A stretch of DNA of 64,000 nt, taken from contig JAQGDQ010000145.1 in NCBI GenBank assembly GCA_030141605.1, positions 372,001-436,000 on the forward strand. The letters are read 5' to 3'. The notes beneath the pieces were generated by a model that ran no database searches, was not told the DNA's origin, and saw nothing but the letters and a program-made list of their open reading frames with translations. Position 1 is the stretch's first letter; each line of letters opens with the position of its first letter. Shown here one piece after another: positions 26,333-37,500 of the stretch. The position numbers and the translations under genes were made by a program. Origin of the DNA: Tubiluchus corallicola. Lineage: Eukaryota > Animalia > Priapulida.

Positions 26333-28489
26333 TCAGATGTCCATGAAACCATCTCTTATCCACGACTTGAACCTTCTTGCGTATCCAAGCATCCATCTTT
26401 CTTCATCGAGTTTTTCGGCACAGTTGTTGACTAGGGATCTCCATGCAGGACGGTCGTGAACTGCGAAAGGCAGCTTGTCCAACTTTCCACCTTTCCTCAG
26501 AGAGAACTTCACCTTGCCCTTGAAGCGAAGGAGAGGACGACCAACACTGCGAGAGCCACTGGTTAGTTCTCCATGGAGAAGGGCCTTTGTCGGTCTCTTA
26601 TCGTTCATTCTGACCACATGCCCAAACCATCGAAGTTGAGCCTTAGTAAGCGTAACCTCGATATCTTCCATCTTGGCACGAGCCAGCACGTCTTCGTTTG
26701 GCACATAGTCGTCCCAGCGAATACGAAGGATGTGATGCAGATGTCTCTGCTGAACCGCACAAAGAGACCTGACCTGATCTTGATAGAGCGTCCACGTTAC
26801 CTGACCATAGGTAAGCTGCGGAATGATGCATTGCTTGTACACCTGCAGTTTAGTGGCGATGGTAAGGTCATGGTTATCGAAGACGCGTTTCCTGATACGG
26901 CCGAAAGAGCTGGCTGCAGCATTAATTCTTGCATGAAGCTCAGTATCCAATCGAGTATCTGAGCAGATGTAACTTCCGAGATATTTGAACCGTTGCACAC
27001 TTCCAAGCTGTTCTCCGTCAATGGTAAAATTGACACTGCCGCTAGAGCCGACACTCATTGTCTCAGTCTTCCTTTTGTTAATGCGCAGTCCCATTCTCTT
27101 TGCAGTTTCATTGTAAATGTCGATGAGATCCTGAAGGTCTTCCGGGTTGTCAGAGAAGATAGCTATGTCATCGGCATATTGCGCTTCACGCAGGAACATC
27201 ATTCGTGTCTTCGTCCTTGCTTTGAGTCGACGTAGGTCAAAAATGTCTCCATCATATCTGAATCGAACATGAATGCTCTTCGTCGAGCCAAGTCTGCCGA
27301 AGGCTACCTGCAAAAGGGCTGCAGCAAAAAGTCCGAAAAGAGATGGAGCTAACTTGCAGCCTTGTTTCACACCACTGTTGTATTCTACAGGATCACTAAG
27401 CTGGCCATTGACAGAGAGATGCGCTAGCATATCAGTGTGCAGAGCTTTTACCATACTTGTAAATCGATCTGGGCATCCACACTTTGAAAGCATCTTGTAC
27501 AGCAGTTCGCGATTGACACTGTCAAATGCCTTTGTAAAGTCGATAAAGGCAATATGCATTGATGTTCTATGCTCTCTCGTTTTCTCCATCAGCTGACGAA
27601 TCGTAAAAATACCATCAATGGTACTGCGATCCTGTCGATACCTTGACTGAGACTCTGGGTAGATACGCTCGAAAATCTTGTCCAGCCTAACGAGAAGAAT
27701 GTCTGCAAAAAGCTTTCCGACAACACTGAGTAAGGAAATGCCTCGATAGTTACCGCAATCACTGCGATCACCCTTTTTGAACAAAATGGTGATGTTAGCA
27801 TTGACAAAGTCACGAGGCATATCACCAGTCCTCCAAATAACGTTGAAGAGCTCCAAAAGATGATTCTGGAGAGAAGCACCGCCATGGATGAGAACCTCTG
27901 GTGGGACACCATCAGGTCCAGGGCTTTTCCGTCGCTTGATATGGTGAATAGAGTACTTGAGTTCCTCGAGGGTGACTAGTCCATCCACCTCGTCGATGGC
28001 TGGTAACTCAGGTATTTCATCCAAGATAGTAAAGTCAGCATCGGTAGTTTGATTCAGTAAAGTGCTGAAGTGCTCCATCCAACGATTCTGGATATCATTG
28101 GATGAGTTGAGAGTGTCACCAGCAATAGATTTGATAGGATGGTTACAACGCGATGTCGGACCATAAACGGCATTGAGAGAAGCGTAGAATTCCCGGAAAT
28201 TCTTCATTTGGGCGAGTCTTTCAACTTCATTGGCTCGGTCCTGGAACCACTGATTCTTCATAAGTCGGATATGATTTCTGAGCTCACGCCTGTTTTTCTT
28301 GTCCTTGACTAGTGCACCGATTTCAAGCTCGTTGAACCAGTCTCGGTTGCGATTTCCTTGTTTACCGAACACAGCATCTGCACTGTTGAGTAAGATTTCC
28401 TTGGTTTCATCCCAAGATGGTCTACAATCACTCAAAACATTGGCAAGATAAACTTGCAGTTTGGATTCTTTGCCTTCGAACTTCGACAT
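26333..28489 (-). CDS. RTE ORF, C-terminal part: reverse transcriptase, offset by one frameshift from the endonuclease
   Basis: Motifs KSPGPDG, NYRGISLL, FIDFTKAFDSV, GVKQGCKLAP, YADD, FKYLGS and LRWFGHVVRM. Confidence 0.93.
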   Translation of the reverse strand: MSKFEGKESKLQVYLANVLSDCRPSWDETKEILLNSADAVFGKQGNRNRDWFNELEIGALVKDKKNRRELRNHIRLMKNQWFQDRANEVERLAQMKNFREFYASLNAVYGPTSRCNHPIKSIAGDTLNSSNDIQNRWMEHFSTLLNQTTDADFTILDEIPELPAIDEVDGLVTLEELKYSIHHIKRRKSPGPDGVPPEVLIHGGASLQNHLLELFNVIWRTGDMPRDFVNANITILFKKGDRSDCGNYRGISLLSVVGKLFADILLVRLDKIFERIYPESQSRYRQDRSTIDGIFTIRQLMEKTREHRTSMHIAFIDFTKAFDSVNRELLYKMLSKCGCPDRFTSMVKALHTDMLAHLSVNGQLSDPVEYNSGVKQGCKLAPSLFGLFAAALLQVAFGRLGSTKSIHVRFRYDGDIFDLRRLKARTKTRMMFLREAQYADDIAIFSDNPEDLQDLIDIYNETAKRMGLRINKRKTETMSVGSSGSVNFTIDGEQLGSVQRFKYLGSYICSDTRLDTELHARINAAASSFGRIRKRVFDNHDLTIATKLQVYKQCIIPQLTYGQVTWTLYQDQVRSLCAVQQRHLHHILRIRWDDYVPNEDVLARAKMEDIEVTLTKAQLRWFGHVVRMNDKRPTKALLHGELTSGSRSVGRPLLRFKGKVKFSLRKGGKLDKLPFAVHDRPAWRSLVNNCAEKLDEERWMLGYARRFKSWIRDGFMDI

Positions 28490-29648
28490 TGAACCTCTTT
28501 GGTGGACGCTGAGGGCGAGCAGGTTTCTGTAGCATGAATGAACATTTGCACACCAACAATCTGTGATCCGTGAAACAGTCTGCAGTTAGACTTGCTTTGG
28601 TCACACGGATGTTGTTGTCACTCATGGTTTTCTTACAAGCCAAGATGTGATCAAGTTGATGCCAGTGCTTGGACCGTGCATGCTGCCATGTAGTCTTCAT
28701 CCTATCGTGAAGCCTGAAGAAGCTTCCAGTCACAGAGAACTCCATCCTGGCACAAAATTCTAGCAGTAGAAGTCCGTTTGAGTTCATGTTCCCTGTTCCA
28801 TGTTTGCCAAGCACACCTGGCCAAGTCATAGAATCTCTTCCTACTCTTGCATTCATGTCCCCTAGGATAATCACCTTGCCATCATTTGCAGCTTGCCTAG
28901 CATGAGCAGTGAGATTATCGTAGAAAGATTCTTTTTCATGATTGGAGCACTGCAAAGTGGGGCCATACACGCTAAAGAGAGTAAGAAAGGATCTGTCCTG
29001 TAGCCGAAGTTCCAACATCATGAGACGATCATTGATAGCTAAGGGCTGTGACTCCAATTGTAACTGGTTAGACACTGCGAAGCCAACTCCTGCAACCTGG
29101 TGTACACCTCCGCTCCAATAAATGGTATGGGTCTTCCCTACCACATTGCCTTCACCAGGGTGTCGGACTTCAGAAAGTGCGCAGATATCAATGTTGACGT
29201 CGTTTAGAGCTTCACAGATAATCACAGTGGCCCTCTCCGGCCGTAAATTTCCATTATTATCATTTGTGATTCTGACATTCCAACATCCTAAACTAAGGAG
29301 ATTCTTGGGTTGTGGGCTTCGCAAATTTCTCACCGTTGCCACTGGACGGCACGTCGGCTCCCCCGGACGCGGCAGCATAGTGTTGTCATCATTTGTCGTA
29401 GTCATCATCATGGAGAAAGAATTAGCACTGAGACGCTTGCGCGCGAGAAGAGATGGCCGCGCAAAGTCCACCTCCACTTGGCAGATAGAGTGTAGATCGG
29501 CGGCATGAAGAGACACGACGGCCGCACTCATAATCTGTTGCACCACAGTGAAAACAACCAGAAAACAGGCCGAATCGGCAAAATGAACTGCTAGCTTCTC
29601 GATGAGCCATGCCATGCCAGAAGACGAGTTGCCAGCCTTGCAAGCCAT
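28428..29648 (-). CDS. RTE ORF, N-terminal part: APE-type endonuclease
   Basis: Motifs GCWNVR, DICALSEVR, GVGFAV, SVYGPT, ILGDMNARVG, TTWQHARSKHWHQLDHIL and TDHRLL. The true start may be downstream of 29648. Confidence 0.9.
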   Translation of the reverse strand: MACKAGNSSSGMAWLIEKLAVHFADSACFLVVFTVVQQIMSAAVVSLHAADLHSICQVEVDFARPSLLARKRLSANSFSMMMTTTNDDNTMLPRPGEPTCRPVATVRNLRSPQPKNLLSLGCWNVRITNDNNGNLRPERATVIICEALNDVNIDICALSEVRHPGEGNVVGKTHTIYWSGGVHQVAGVGFAVSNQLQLESQPLAINDRLMMLELRLQDRSFLTLFSVYGPTLQCSNHEKESFYDNLTAHARQAANDGKVIILGDMNARVGRDSMTWPGVLGKHGTGNMNSNGLLLLEFCARMEFSVTGSFFRLHDRMKTTWQHARSKHWHQLDHILACKKTMSDNNIRVTKASLTADCFTDHRLLVCKCSFMLQKPARPQRPPKRFNVEVRRQRIQTASLSCQCFE

Positions 29649-29809
29649 GAACCATCATCCACACAAGCTGCTGCCCTTGTGCTTGGGTGCCTTCATCCGC
29701 TTTTACAGCCGTTGGGAGTGGAAGATTCCTCGTCCGCCTGTCAAACCGTTGAGGACTTCAGTCGTATCCCTGACCAAGGGTGGCGCGCTATACCCCGCAC
29801 CACTGGGTC

Positions 29810-29956
29810 CTTGCCTGAACTTAGTTACTGCTCCCGCAGCATCCACCCCCGCGACTAGGACGCGCCAGACAAGAGTTGCCCAAGTGCATCTAGAGAAGAG
29901 GGCTCTAGATACCAGAGGCCGCGTTAACTCCTCTGTGTGAAGCCAGAAGAGAAGGC
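29810..29956 (-). ncRNA. Predicted HDV-like self-cleaving ribozyme at the RTE 5' end
   Basis: P1 GCCUUC (29956-29951) with GGGGGU (29850-29845). P2 CUUGUCUGGC with GUUCAGGCAAG. P3 GCG/CGC. L3 UCCUAGU. GG available for P1.1. P4 UGCUGC-GGGA-GCAGUA. J4/2 ACUAA with the catalytic C at 29824. Folded by hand. Confidence 0.8.
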
Positions 29957-30250
29957 TCGTAATCTTAGAAGATGTCCTAACCATCTTAATTTTTGTATCT
30001 TGACTTTTGAACTCCAAGAAATTACTTTCGCTCTGATGTATAAATCTTCATTTTTGATTATGTATGGCCATCTTATCTTTAAAACTTTCCTAAGAAGATT
30101 TTTATAAAATATGTCAATTTGCTTTTCTTGAATAACTGTTAAATCCCAAGTTTCACTGTTGTACATAAATATGCTGGCAACGTGAGCATTAAATAATCGA
30201 AGTCTTACGTTAAGACTTAATTTCTTGCTAGTTAATACATTCTTGTGCTG
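29957..30250 (-). mobile_element. Upstream piece of the older RTE-like LINE (RT C-terminal region)
   Basis: YNSETWDLT...LLRKVLKIRWP..IKNEDLY...KLRWLGHLLRL. Confidence 0.8.
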
Positions 30251-30374
30251 TAGAAAAGCATGCGTTTGTTATATAATTATACTTTATTTATATTATTTAC
30301 ATATACACAAAACATGTTTTACGGTTTCATTTTGCGTGTTAGTACAAATGAAGATTGTGCATACTGCTTGCTGC

Positions 30375-30501
30375 ATGAGCGATTGGCCGGCGCATGCAAA
30401 CTTGCAAGGACATTATACGGTGGCTGCATCTCGTTTGGATTGAAGTTTCGACTCGAAGTTTCTCCAAGAACTAGCGTTTGTAATCCGGGCGTTGTTGCCA
30501 C
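30375..30501 (+). promoter_or_regulatory. Putative ETNK promoter and non-coding first exon
   Basis: CpG-richer patch with GATTGG (inverted CCAAT, 30381) and GCGCATGC (NRF1-like). It ends in a strong donor AC|GTAAGT at 30501/30502, with a matching acceptor before 31742. Confidence 0.5.
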
Positions 30502-30569
30502 GTAAGTTTGTTTTAATTCACCTTATAAAATTTAGTGTTATCGTGAAAAAGAAAAATTATATATATAAA

Positions 30570-31400
30570 ATCTTTATTCGTCTTATAAAAAATTTTGAAC
30601 ATCACAAATATTAATAATAAAAAAGATTACAACTGCATATGACATTCGTTAGAGTTATCACTATAGACACAGTGAGCATTGACATTTGCAACATACAGAT
30701 ACTAAATAAATCATTTTACATTTATAATATGTACAGATATTACATTAAAACATTTTGATTTTGCAAGATTACGGACGGGGGAAAATGTATCCACTGTGCA
30801 TATTATAAATATCGTCGTTTTGGTATACCACATATTCAATTCTAGTTAAAACGCATTTTTTAAATTCTGTTTTACAGTTAGATAAAGTTGTTAAATCCTT
30901 AACTTTTTTCGGTTAAAGTATTCTATAATGAGATAGCTTGCTTTGATAAAGAAGTATTTCCGTATTTGTTGTAATAGTTTATCAGTACGAGAGTTTAGTG
31001 TAGGTTTAGACTTTGTAAATTGGTGACTTGGTATTTAGTTGAGTTGGCCTCAAATTTGCCTTAAATAAGATGTACTAGCTGACATTTTAGAAAAATGTTG
31101 GTAAATTGTTTATTCCATGATAAAGTATTTTCTACGTGGATTCCAAAAATTTGGTTGTTTTCATTTGTGTAATTTCCATTTTTCCTACTTGTAAAGTTGT
31201 GTTGTTAGTATCATAAGTAAATGGAGATAAAACCATAAATTCTGTTTTACTCTCATTCATTTCTAAATTGAAGTAGTTAAAGCAACGTCAATATTTTCAA
31301 TGTCTTGCTGTAAATAGTGTTTTGCTATATTTTAAAGAAAACCGGATGATTCTGAAGACTACAATAGCTTTTTTTAAATCATAGTTTAGATTAAATAATA
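30570..31400 (-). mobile_element. Highly degenerate 3' fragment of a CR1/L2-group LINE
   Basis: Minus strand gives NKYGNTSLSKQAISL*NTL, resembling the C-terminus of the 43700-45945 element. AATAAA near 30572. Boundaries approximate. Confidence 0.45.
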
Positions 31401-31793
31401 ATTACCTCGGATACTCAAATTTTGTTAAACTTTCAAAGCTACGCGAAGCTCAGTGAATCTACTAAGATTGGTAACGGTGCCTTTTGTCACATGCGCCTGG
31501 CCGACAAATAGAAGGCGGCGCCGTGATGACCATGATCATTAACTGTTGTGTTAGTTTCTGACGTCATATGATGTAGAGCCCATTTTCGTGACATCATGTG
31601 TTTAAGTAGTACTGTAAAACTTACGCAAACGTGCTGGACGTGCAAGGAAAGAGCCCTGTTATTGCACAAATTGTGGCATACAATAAAGAAGAATCACTGT
31701 TGACATACACCTGCTTGATTTTTTTACTTAATTTTTTTCAGGATATTAGCACTAACCAGTAACCACTACCTCAGGTAACAAGATCAAATAGTG

Positions 31794-34492
31794 ATGTATA
31801 CAAAACTTGATGTAACGGTTGATCCGAAGAATTTTGAAAGTGGCGCTACTGAGGTTGCAAGGAAAGTAAGGCCAGCATGGGATGTTAACAAGCTGCAGTT
31901 CAAAGTAATATAAAACAAAACTAGTATTATATTTTTGTTTAAAAAACTGCCAGTTTAGGAGTTTTGCATGTTTCAGTTAACATGTTAGTGTAAATTCCTG
32001 AGTTAACTCATTTCTTAATTATTATTAATCTTAATGCCAAGATTGTTGTTTATGATGGAAAAATTAATTAAAGTTAAACTAAACCCTCACTATAATATAA
32101 ACTTTTATAATTTAAAATCCTATTCTCATTACGAATATTCAATTTATTTTTTTAACAATTTAACTTACTGTAAAACTTGTTTCTTTTGATTTTTTATCAC
32201 TTTGTTGTTAGCGATATTAAATTTGAAGAAAAGCCATATTGATTGAGCAAGATAAATGATGTTAATAAGTACTGGCATGAGGTCCCCAAAGATTGGTAAA
32301 GCAAGCATCGGTAACCAAAGACGTACGTCATTCTCGCAAACTCGCACTAAAAACGTGAAACATGGCGATCTGTACGGCAATGCATGCATTCAAAATTCGC
32401 CAGAAAAAGATAAGTTATTTAATTTATAAGTTTCTTTTGTTTAATAATAACTATGTATTCTTTGTGTAATCATGATAATGTGCTAAAAAAAGTTCAGCAT
32501 CTGTTGGGGTTATATAGGCCTTTAAATTTTCATATGAAACTTGAAAGATGGAAAATGTGAAAAAGTTGGAATTGGTTGGCAAGAAAATAGATAGATGAGT
32601 TTGAATTAGTAACTCTTTGCTTGAAGATTTTTTAATTGATATGTCTGATGGTTTTGGGGATATACTAATCACCTACATGATAGTTATCTCTTCATTTTTT
32701 ACTTATCTAACTTGATTGACATTTAATTTGACAAACCCTTTTTGGTGGGGGTGGGCGAAAGAAGTGTCTCAGAGATTTGTCGACATCAAACCAAGAGTTT
32801 ACAAAGCATTCAAGGTCTAAAAATGACAAGTGGAGATTGGTTTGTCGTAATGACTCATTAACAAAACGGCATACTCGTAAATTAGGCGAGGTTTCCTGAA
32901 CATGTTCATTTTCCTCACATTGTTGCTGCAGTTGAAAACACTGCTGTCATAGTTGTTTTTTTGAACATGCTGGGTTTCCTGAACATGTTCACTTGCCTCA
33001 CATTGTTGCTGCAGTTACAAACACTGCTGTCGTAGTCGTTTTTTTGAACATGCTGGGTCTCCTGAACATGCTTATTTTCCTCACATTGTTGCTGCAGTTA
33101 CAAACACTGCTGTCGTAGTCGTTTTTTTGAACATGCTGGGTCTCCTGAACATGCTTAGTTTTCTTATATTGTTGCTGCAGCTGAAACACTGCTGTCAATG
33201 TTGTTTTTTTAATAGGTTGGGTCTCCTGAACATGCTCAATTTCCTCACTTTGTTACTGCAGCTGAAAACACTGATGTCAATGTTGTTTTTTAATAGGCTG
33301 GGTCTCCTGAACATGCTTAGTTTCCTTATATTGTTGTTGCAGCTGAAACACTGCTGTCAATGTTTTTTTTAATAGTTTGGGTCTCGTGAACATGCTCAAT
33401 TTCCTCACATTGTTGCTCTAGCTGAAAATACTGCTGTCATTGTTGGTGTTTTAACGTACCTGACAAAAGAGAGCCTTTGAGAAAGAAATTAAGAAAACAG
33501 AAATTTCACTGTTTTTCTTTTAAAAAGGACGCACTGCCATACAGTATAGCACTTTCATAAACCGTAGATATAGCTAAATAATTATTCTAAATACTAAATT
33601 TACTAAATATAGCACAGTCAAAATATGTGTAAATGACAGCTGACCGGCGCGATTTTGCTAGTATAGATGGTAACTTTATATTTCATTTGGACTGTGCTAA
33701 TTTAATGCATTTAGAATTTTTAGATAATGCAACTGGTCAACCTTTGGTAAGTCTGAATCATTTTCTTTATTTTCATCCCATCACATTTCATATTAGGAAA
33801 CAAACTTGTTTTTTGTAGGTGTTCACCGATGGATTTACCAACAAGCTTATTGGTGTTTATACGGATGACTTTAACAAGTTAATATTGATCAGAATTTTTG
33901 GTGCTAAGACAGAAGAGCTCATTGATAGAGATATGGAATTACATTACATGATGTTACTACATGAGCATGGGTTTTGTCCACCAGTCTATGCTAAATTCAA
34001 TAATGGACTTTGTTACGGCTTTGTACCCGGTCGCTGCTTGACGACGGAGACTGTACGATCTGATCCGATATATAAGTATGCTGCTACTTTTTCTTTTGAT
34101 TTTCTGGTTGTTTCTGACTGGTTATTTGCCATTTCAGTTTTTTCACTTCTCAGGTATGCTTCCAAGTTCACATCAGTAGGATTGCAGCTTTACACTTCAG
34201 TGTACATTGCTCTAGCTCCATAGATCTGAGATGCAAACCACCCTAATTTGACTGAGAATTTTTCGTTACTGCTAAGTTAAGATTTGAACTTGAGAGTAAG
34301 GAAACCAATTCAAAGGCATGGTAAGAAACTAGGTCTACGTTTTTGCATTGAGTCATTTCTTCAACAAGACAGGCATTATGATAATTGTTATCCCGTATTT
34401 TAAGTCATTAAACTTGTCCATTCCAGTGTATCCCCTTCACAGACTACATTTCAAAGTTATGTGTGAGGCTGGGTGCACGTGTGACGACAAAA

Positions 34493-34527
<35 letters not shown>

Positions 34528-37500
34528 GTGTGTGTGTGTGCGTGTGCGTGTGTGCATGCAAACTAAGGGTGCAGAACCATTGGTATTACAGTTTATCCAA
34601 AAATTTTGGCACTAGGCTGTTTGCCAAAAATTTAGCACTGTCTAATCTTTACCTGTGCCCACGACCTAAGTATGCCTAACAATGTTAACCAAAATGAACG
34701 ATGTTTTGAAGATACATTTATTGCAAGATTTGTTGTTGAATATTGACCAAGTTGCAAATTTGTTACTCTGAAACTTCTAAAGGAAGTATGCTAATTTTAA
34801 TTCACTTTTGTGTTCAGTAATCATTTGATCTTGCTAAAAGAAAAGATACTACAACATAACTGCAGTAAAAGATGTTCATTGGCATACACCGTAACTAAAG
34901 TAAGTAAACAGCAACTACGAAGGTCTGCATATAAAACAAATTACAGGTGGAAAACTTACAGGCTTAAATTTACTGTGCAGGCTCAGAGTAATAAAATTAA
35001 TGTACGTAGAAAGGCAAAGTTGCATTATTCACTTATAACAATAGAAGCCTCTTGCTTTATTGGCATTCTATGTTTTGATAGGTGGTCTTTGATTGATTAG
35101 TAGATTCAGGACCTTGCAGACATGTTCTACAGGATTATTCAATTCATAAATTTAACCATTCATTATTATTGTCTTTCAATATTAATTTCCGGTTTTAGGC
35201 TTTTAAGCGTTAAGTTGCTGCAGCCCTCTTAAGGATTTTACCAAAGCATAAGTAGCTTCAGTGGTAATAATGGTTTTGTTTACTTTACATATTATCAGTA
35301 AAATTTGTCTACGTTCAAAGCATTATACATATGTTATGTTTGCTTTAATGTCTAGTTAGTTTTACTTAAAGGTAGCCACTGATCTACTGGTGCAAAGGCT
35401 GTGATAATCATTCATGTGTGATTAAAGTTCATGGCAACCCGAACAAAATTCAAATAGCTTTTGCTAAAGCATAGTTTATTAGCCAGCACATTTTATAGAA
35501 ACATAACCCAGGGGCGCAGCAAAGGCTTACGCCTAGGAAAAAACTTCTGGTGCCCAACCCTTTTAATGATTTGCTCATTTGTTTTGTGTTTGCATGTTTT
35601 TTGTGTCCCTGGGCCCCTCTTTCCTTTTTCGACATGATGGGATAAACGAATTTTTTTTCTAAGAATCATCCTGAGTTTGATTTGTGGTACTGCAACTAGA
35701 ATAACTCTTCTATGCATTGGTCTAGGAAAGTTGTTTGTAAGATGACAGTCATTAAACATTCAGCTTCAGCATTAACTTTTGTTAATTGTTAATGCCGGAT
35801 TAGTAATAAATAACAGCTATTAAACTCTGGAAGAAACCCAGGAAAAAACTTCTGGTACCCAACCCTTTTAATGATTTGCTCATTTGTTTTGTGTTTGCAT
35901 GTTTTTTTGTGTCCCTGGGCCCCTCTTTCCTTTTTCGACATGATGGGATAAACGAATTTTTTTCTAAGAATCATCCTGAGTTTGATTTGTGGTACTGCAA
36001 CTAGAATAACTCTTCTATGCATTGGTCTAGGAAAGTTGTTTGTAAGATGACAGTCATTAAACATTCAGCTTCAGCATTAACTTTTGTTAATTGTTAATGC
36101 CGGATTAGTAATAAATAACAGCTATTAAACTCTGGAAGAAACCCAGGAAAAAACTTCTGGTACCCAACCCTTTTAATGATTTGCTCATTTGTTTTGTGTT
36201 TGCATGTTTTTTTGTGTCCCTGGGCCCCTCTTTCCTTTTTCGACATGATGGGATAAACGAATTTTTTTCTAAGAATCATCCTGAGTTTGATTTGTGGTAC
36301 TGCAACTAGAATAACTCTTCTATGCATTGGTCTAGGAAAGTTGTTTGTAAGATGACAGTCATTAAACATTCAGCTTCAGCATTAACTTTTGTTAATTGTT
36401 AATGCCGGATTAGTAATAAATAACAGTTATTAAACTCTGGAAGAAATTTGTGCCCTCTCACCCTTGCTACGCCTCTGACATAACCCGCAGATGACATATA
36501 TTGGAGAATTAGACATGTTATAAGCCATTGATCTCTCTGTATAGTTTATATGGTTTTAAGTTGCCTTTCAAATATTTTTGTGGCAGAAAAATGTACAAAA
36601 GCAATTCCTGGGGAGATTATAAAACACCCATTCTACTATGCCGTTTGTTAAGTGAAGGTTATTTGAATGTACACTCCAGGCATTTTGTTTGCAATTCAAA
36701 TAAATGTTTGTTTAAGCTTTCCTGGATGAAAACAAACTTTAGAATTTGAATTAATGCATAAGCTACTTAAGTCTTAGAGGTAAACTGACTAGACGTCTGA
36801 ATGAACAGAAATTTTTCCATTGACAACATCACTTCTGAGCATGAAAATGTTTTTCGTATTAGTCTGAATCTGAGGCCTTTTTGCATTAACGTTTTTGTCC
36901 AGTTTGTATTTTCTTCATTTTTATACACATAATAGCGTTTCTGGTTACTTTTCAACAGCATGTGCAAAAGTAATGCTTGAAATATGCGTCATTATGCAAA
37001 CCAGAGAACTCTTTGTATGTCTTTTTTATATAATACACAAAGACGTCATGTAGAAAGTCATGTTCGAAAAAAAATGTGAGCTGTAAAGCAGTCTTTGAGC
37101 ATTATTTCCATATCTTAATTGTTTTGAGTAATGCCCAATACATCTTAGTCCTATTTTGTCAGTGATGGTGTCATAAGACAGGCTTCATAAATTTGATTAA
37201 TGTGCAATTTAGCGATATATGAATTTACTAATTACCACTAATCGATTTTAATTTTTACGTCATAATTAATCTGTCTTGTTTTTGTATTATTGTCGAAACC
37301 AATTTTCATTGTGTGAAAAATAAATTGTATTTGTTCCTGTGTTTCTTCAGCTACATTTATCTTAAAAACTATTTACCATGCTTAGATGAAACTAATAACT
37401 TGACAATGAATGCTGAAGTTAACAGTACTTTATTAAAACCTTATTTAAGGACCAGCACCACTTGGCACATATATTATTAAAATCACATTACATGAATATG

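Larger units (their letters stand above)
26286..29956 (-). mobile_element. Full-length RTE-clade (BovB-like) non-LTR retrotransposon, 3.67 kb
   Basis: Perfect 11-bp TSD TCGTAATCTTA (26275-26285, 29957-29967). APE endonuclease followed by RT. Short 3' UTR with stem-loop AGCCG-TAT-CGGCT and a (TGTACGA)2 tail. Clearly more GC-rich than the flanks. Confidence 0.95.

Noticed and set aside
26573-29940. Antisense and alternate-frame ORFs overlapping the RTE
   Set aside because: Expected shadows of GC-richer coding DNA, with no motifs.
31559-31566. Perfect CRE site TGACGTCA upstream of the first ETNK coding exon
   Set aside because: A single 8-mer is expected by chance in 64 kb.
35450-36369. Three repeated 88-91 aa ORFs as a tandem gene family
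   Set aside because: They are a by-product of the 305-bp triplication inside a MITE and have no recognisable domain.
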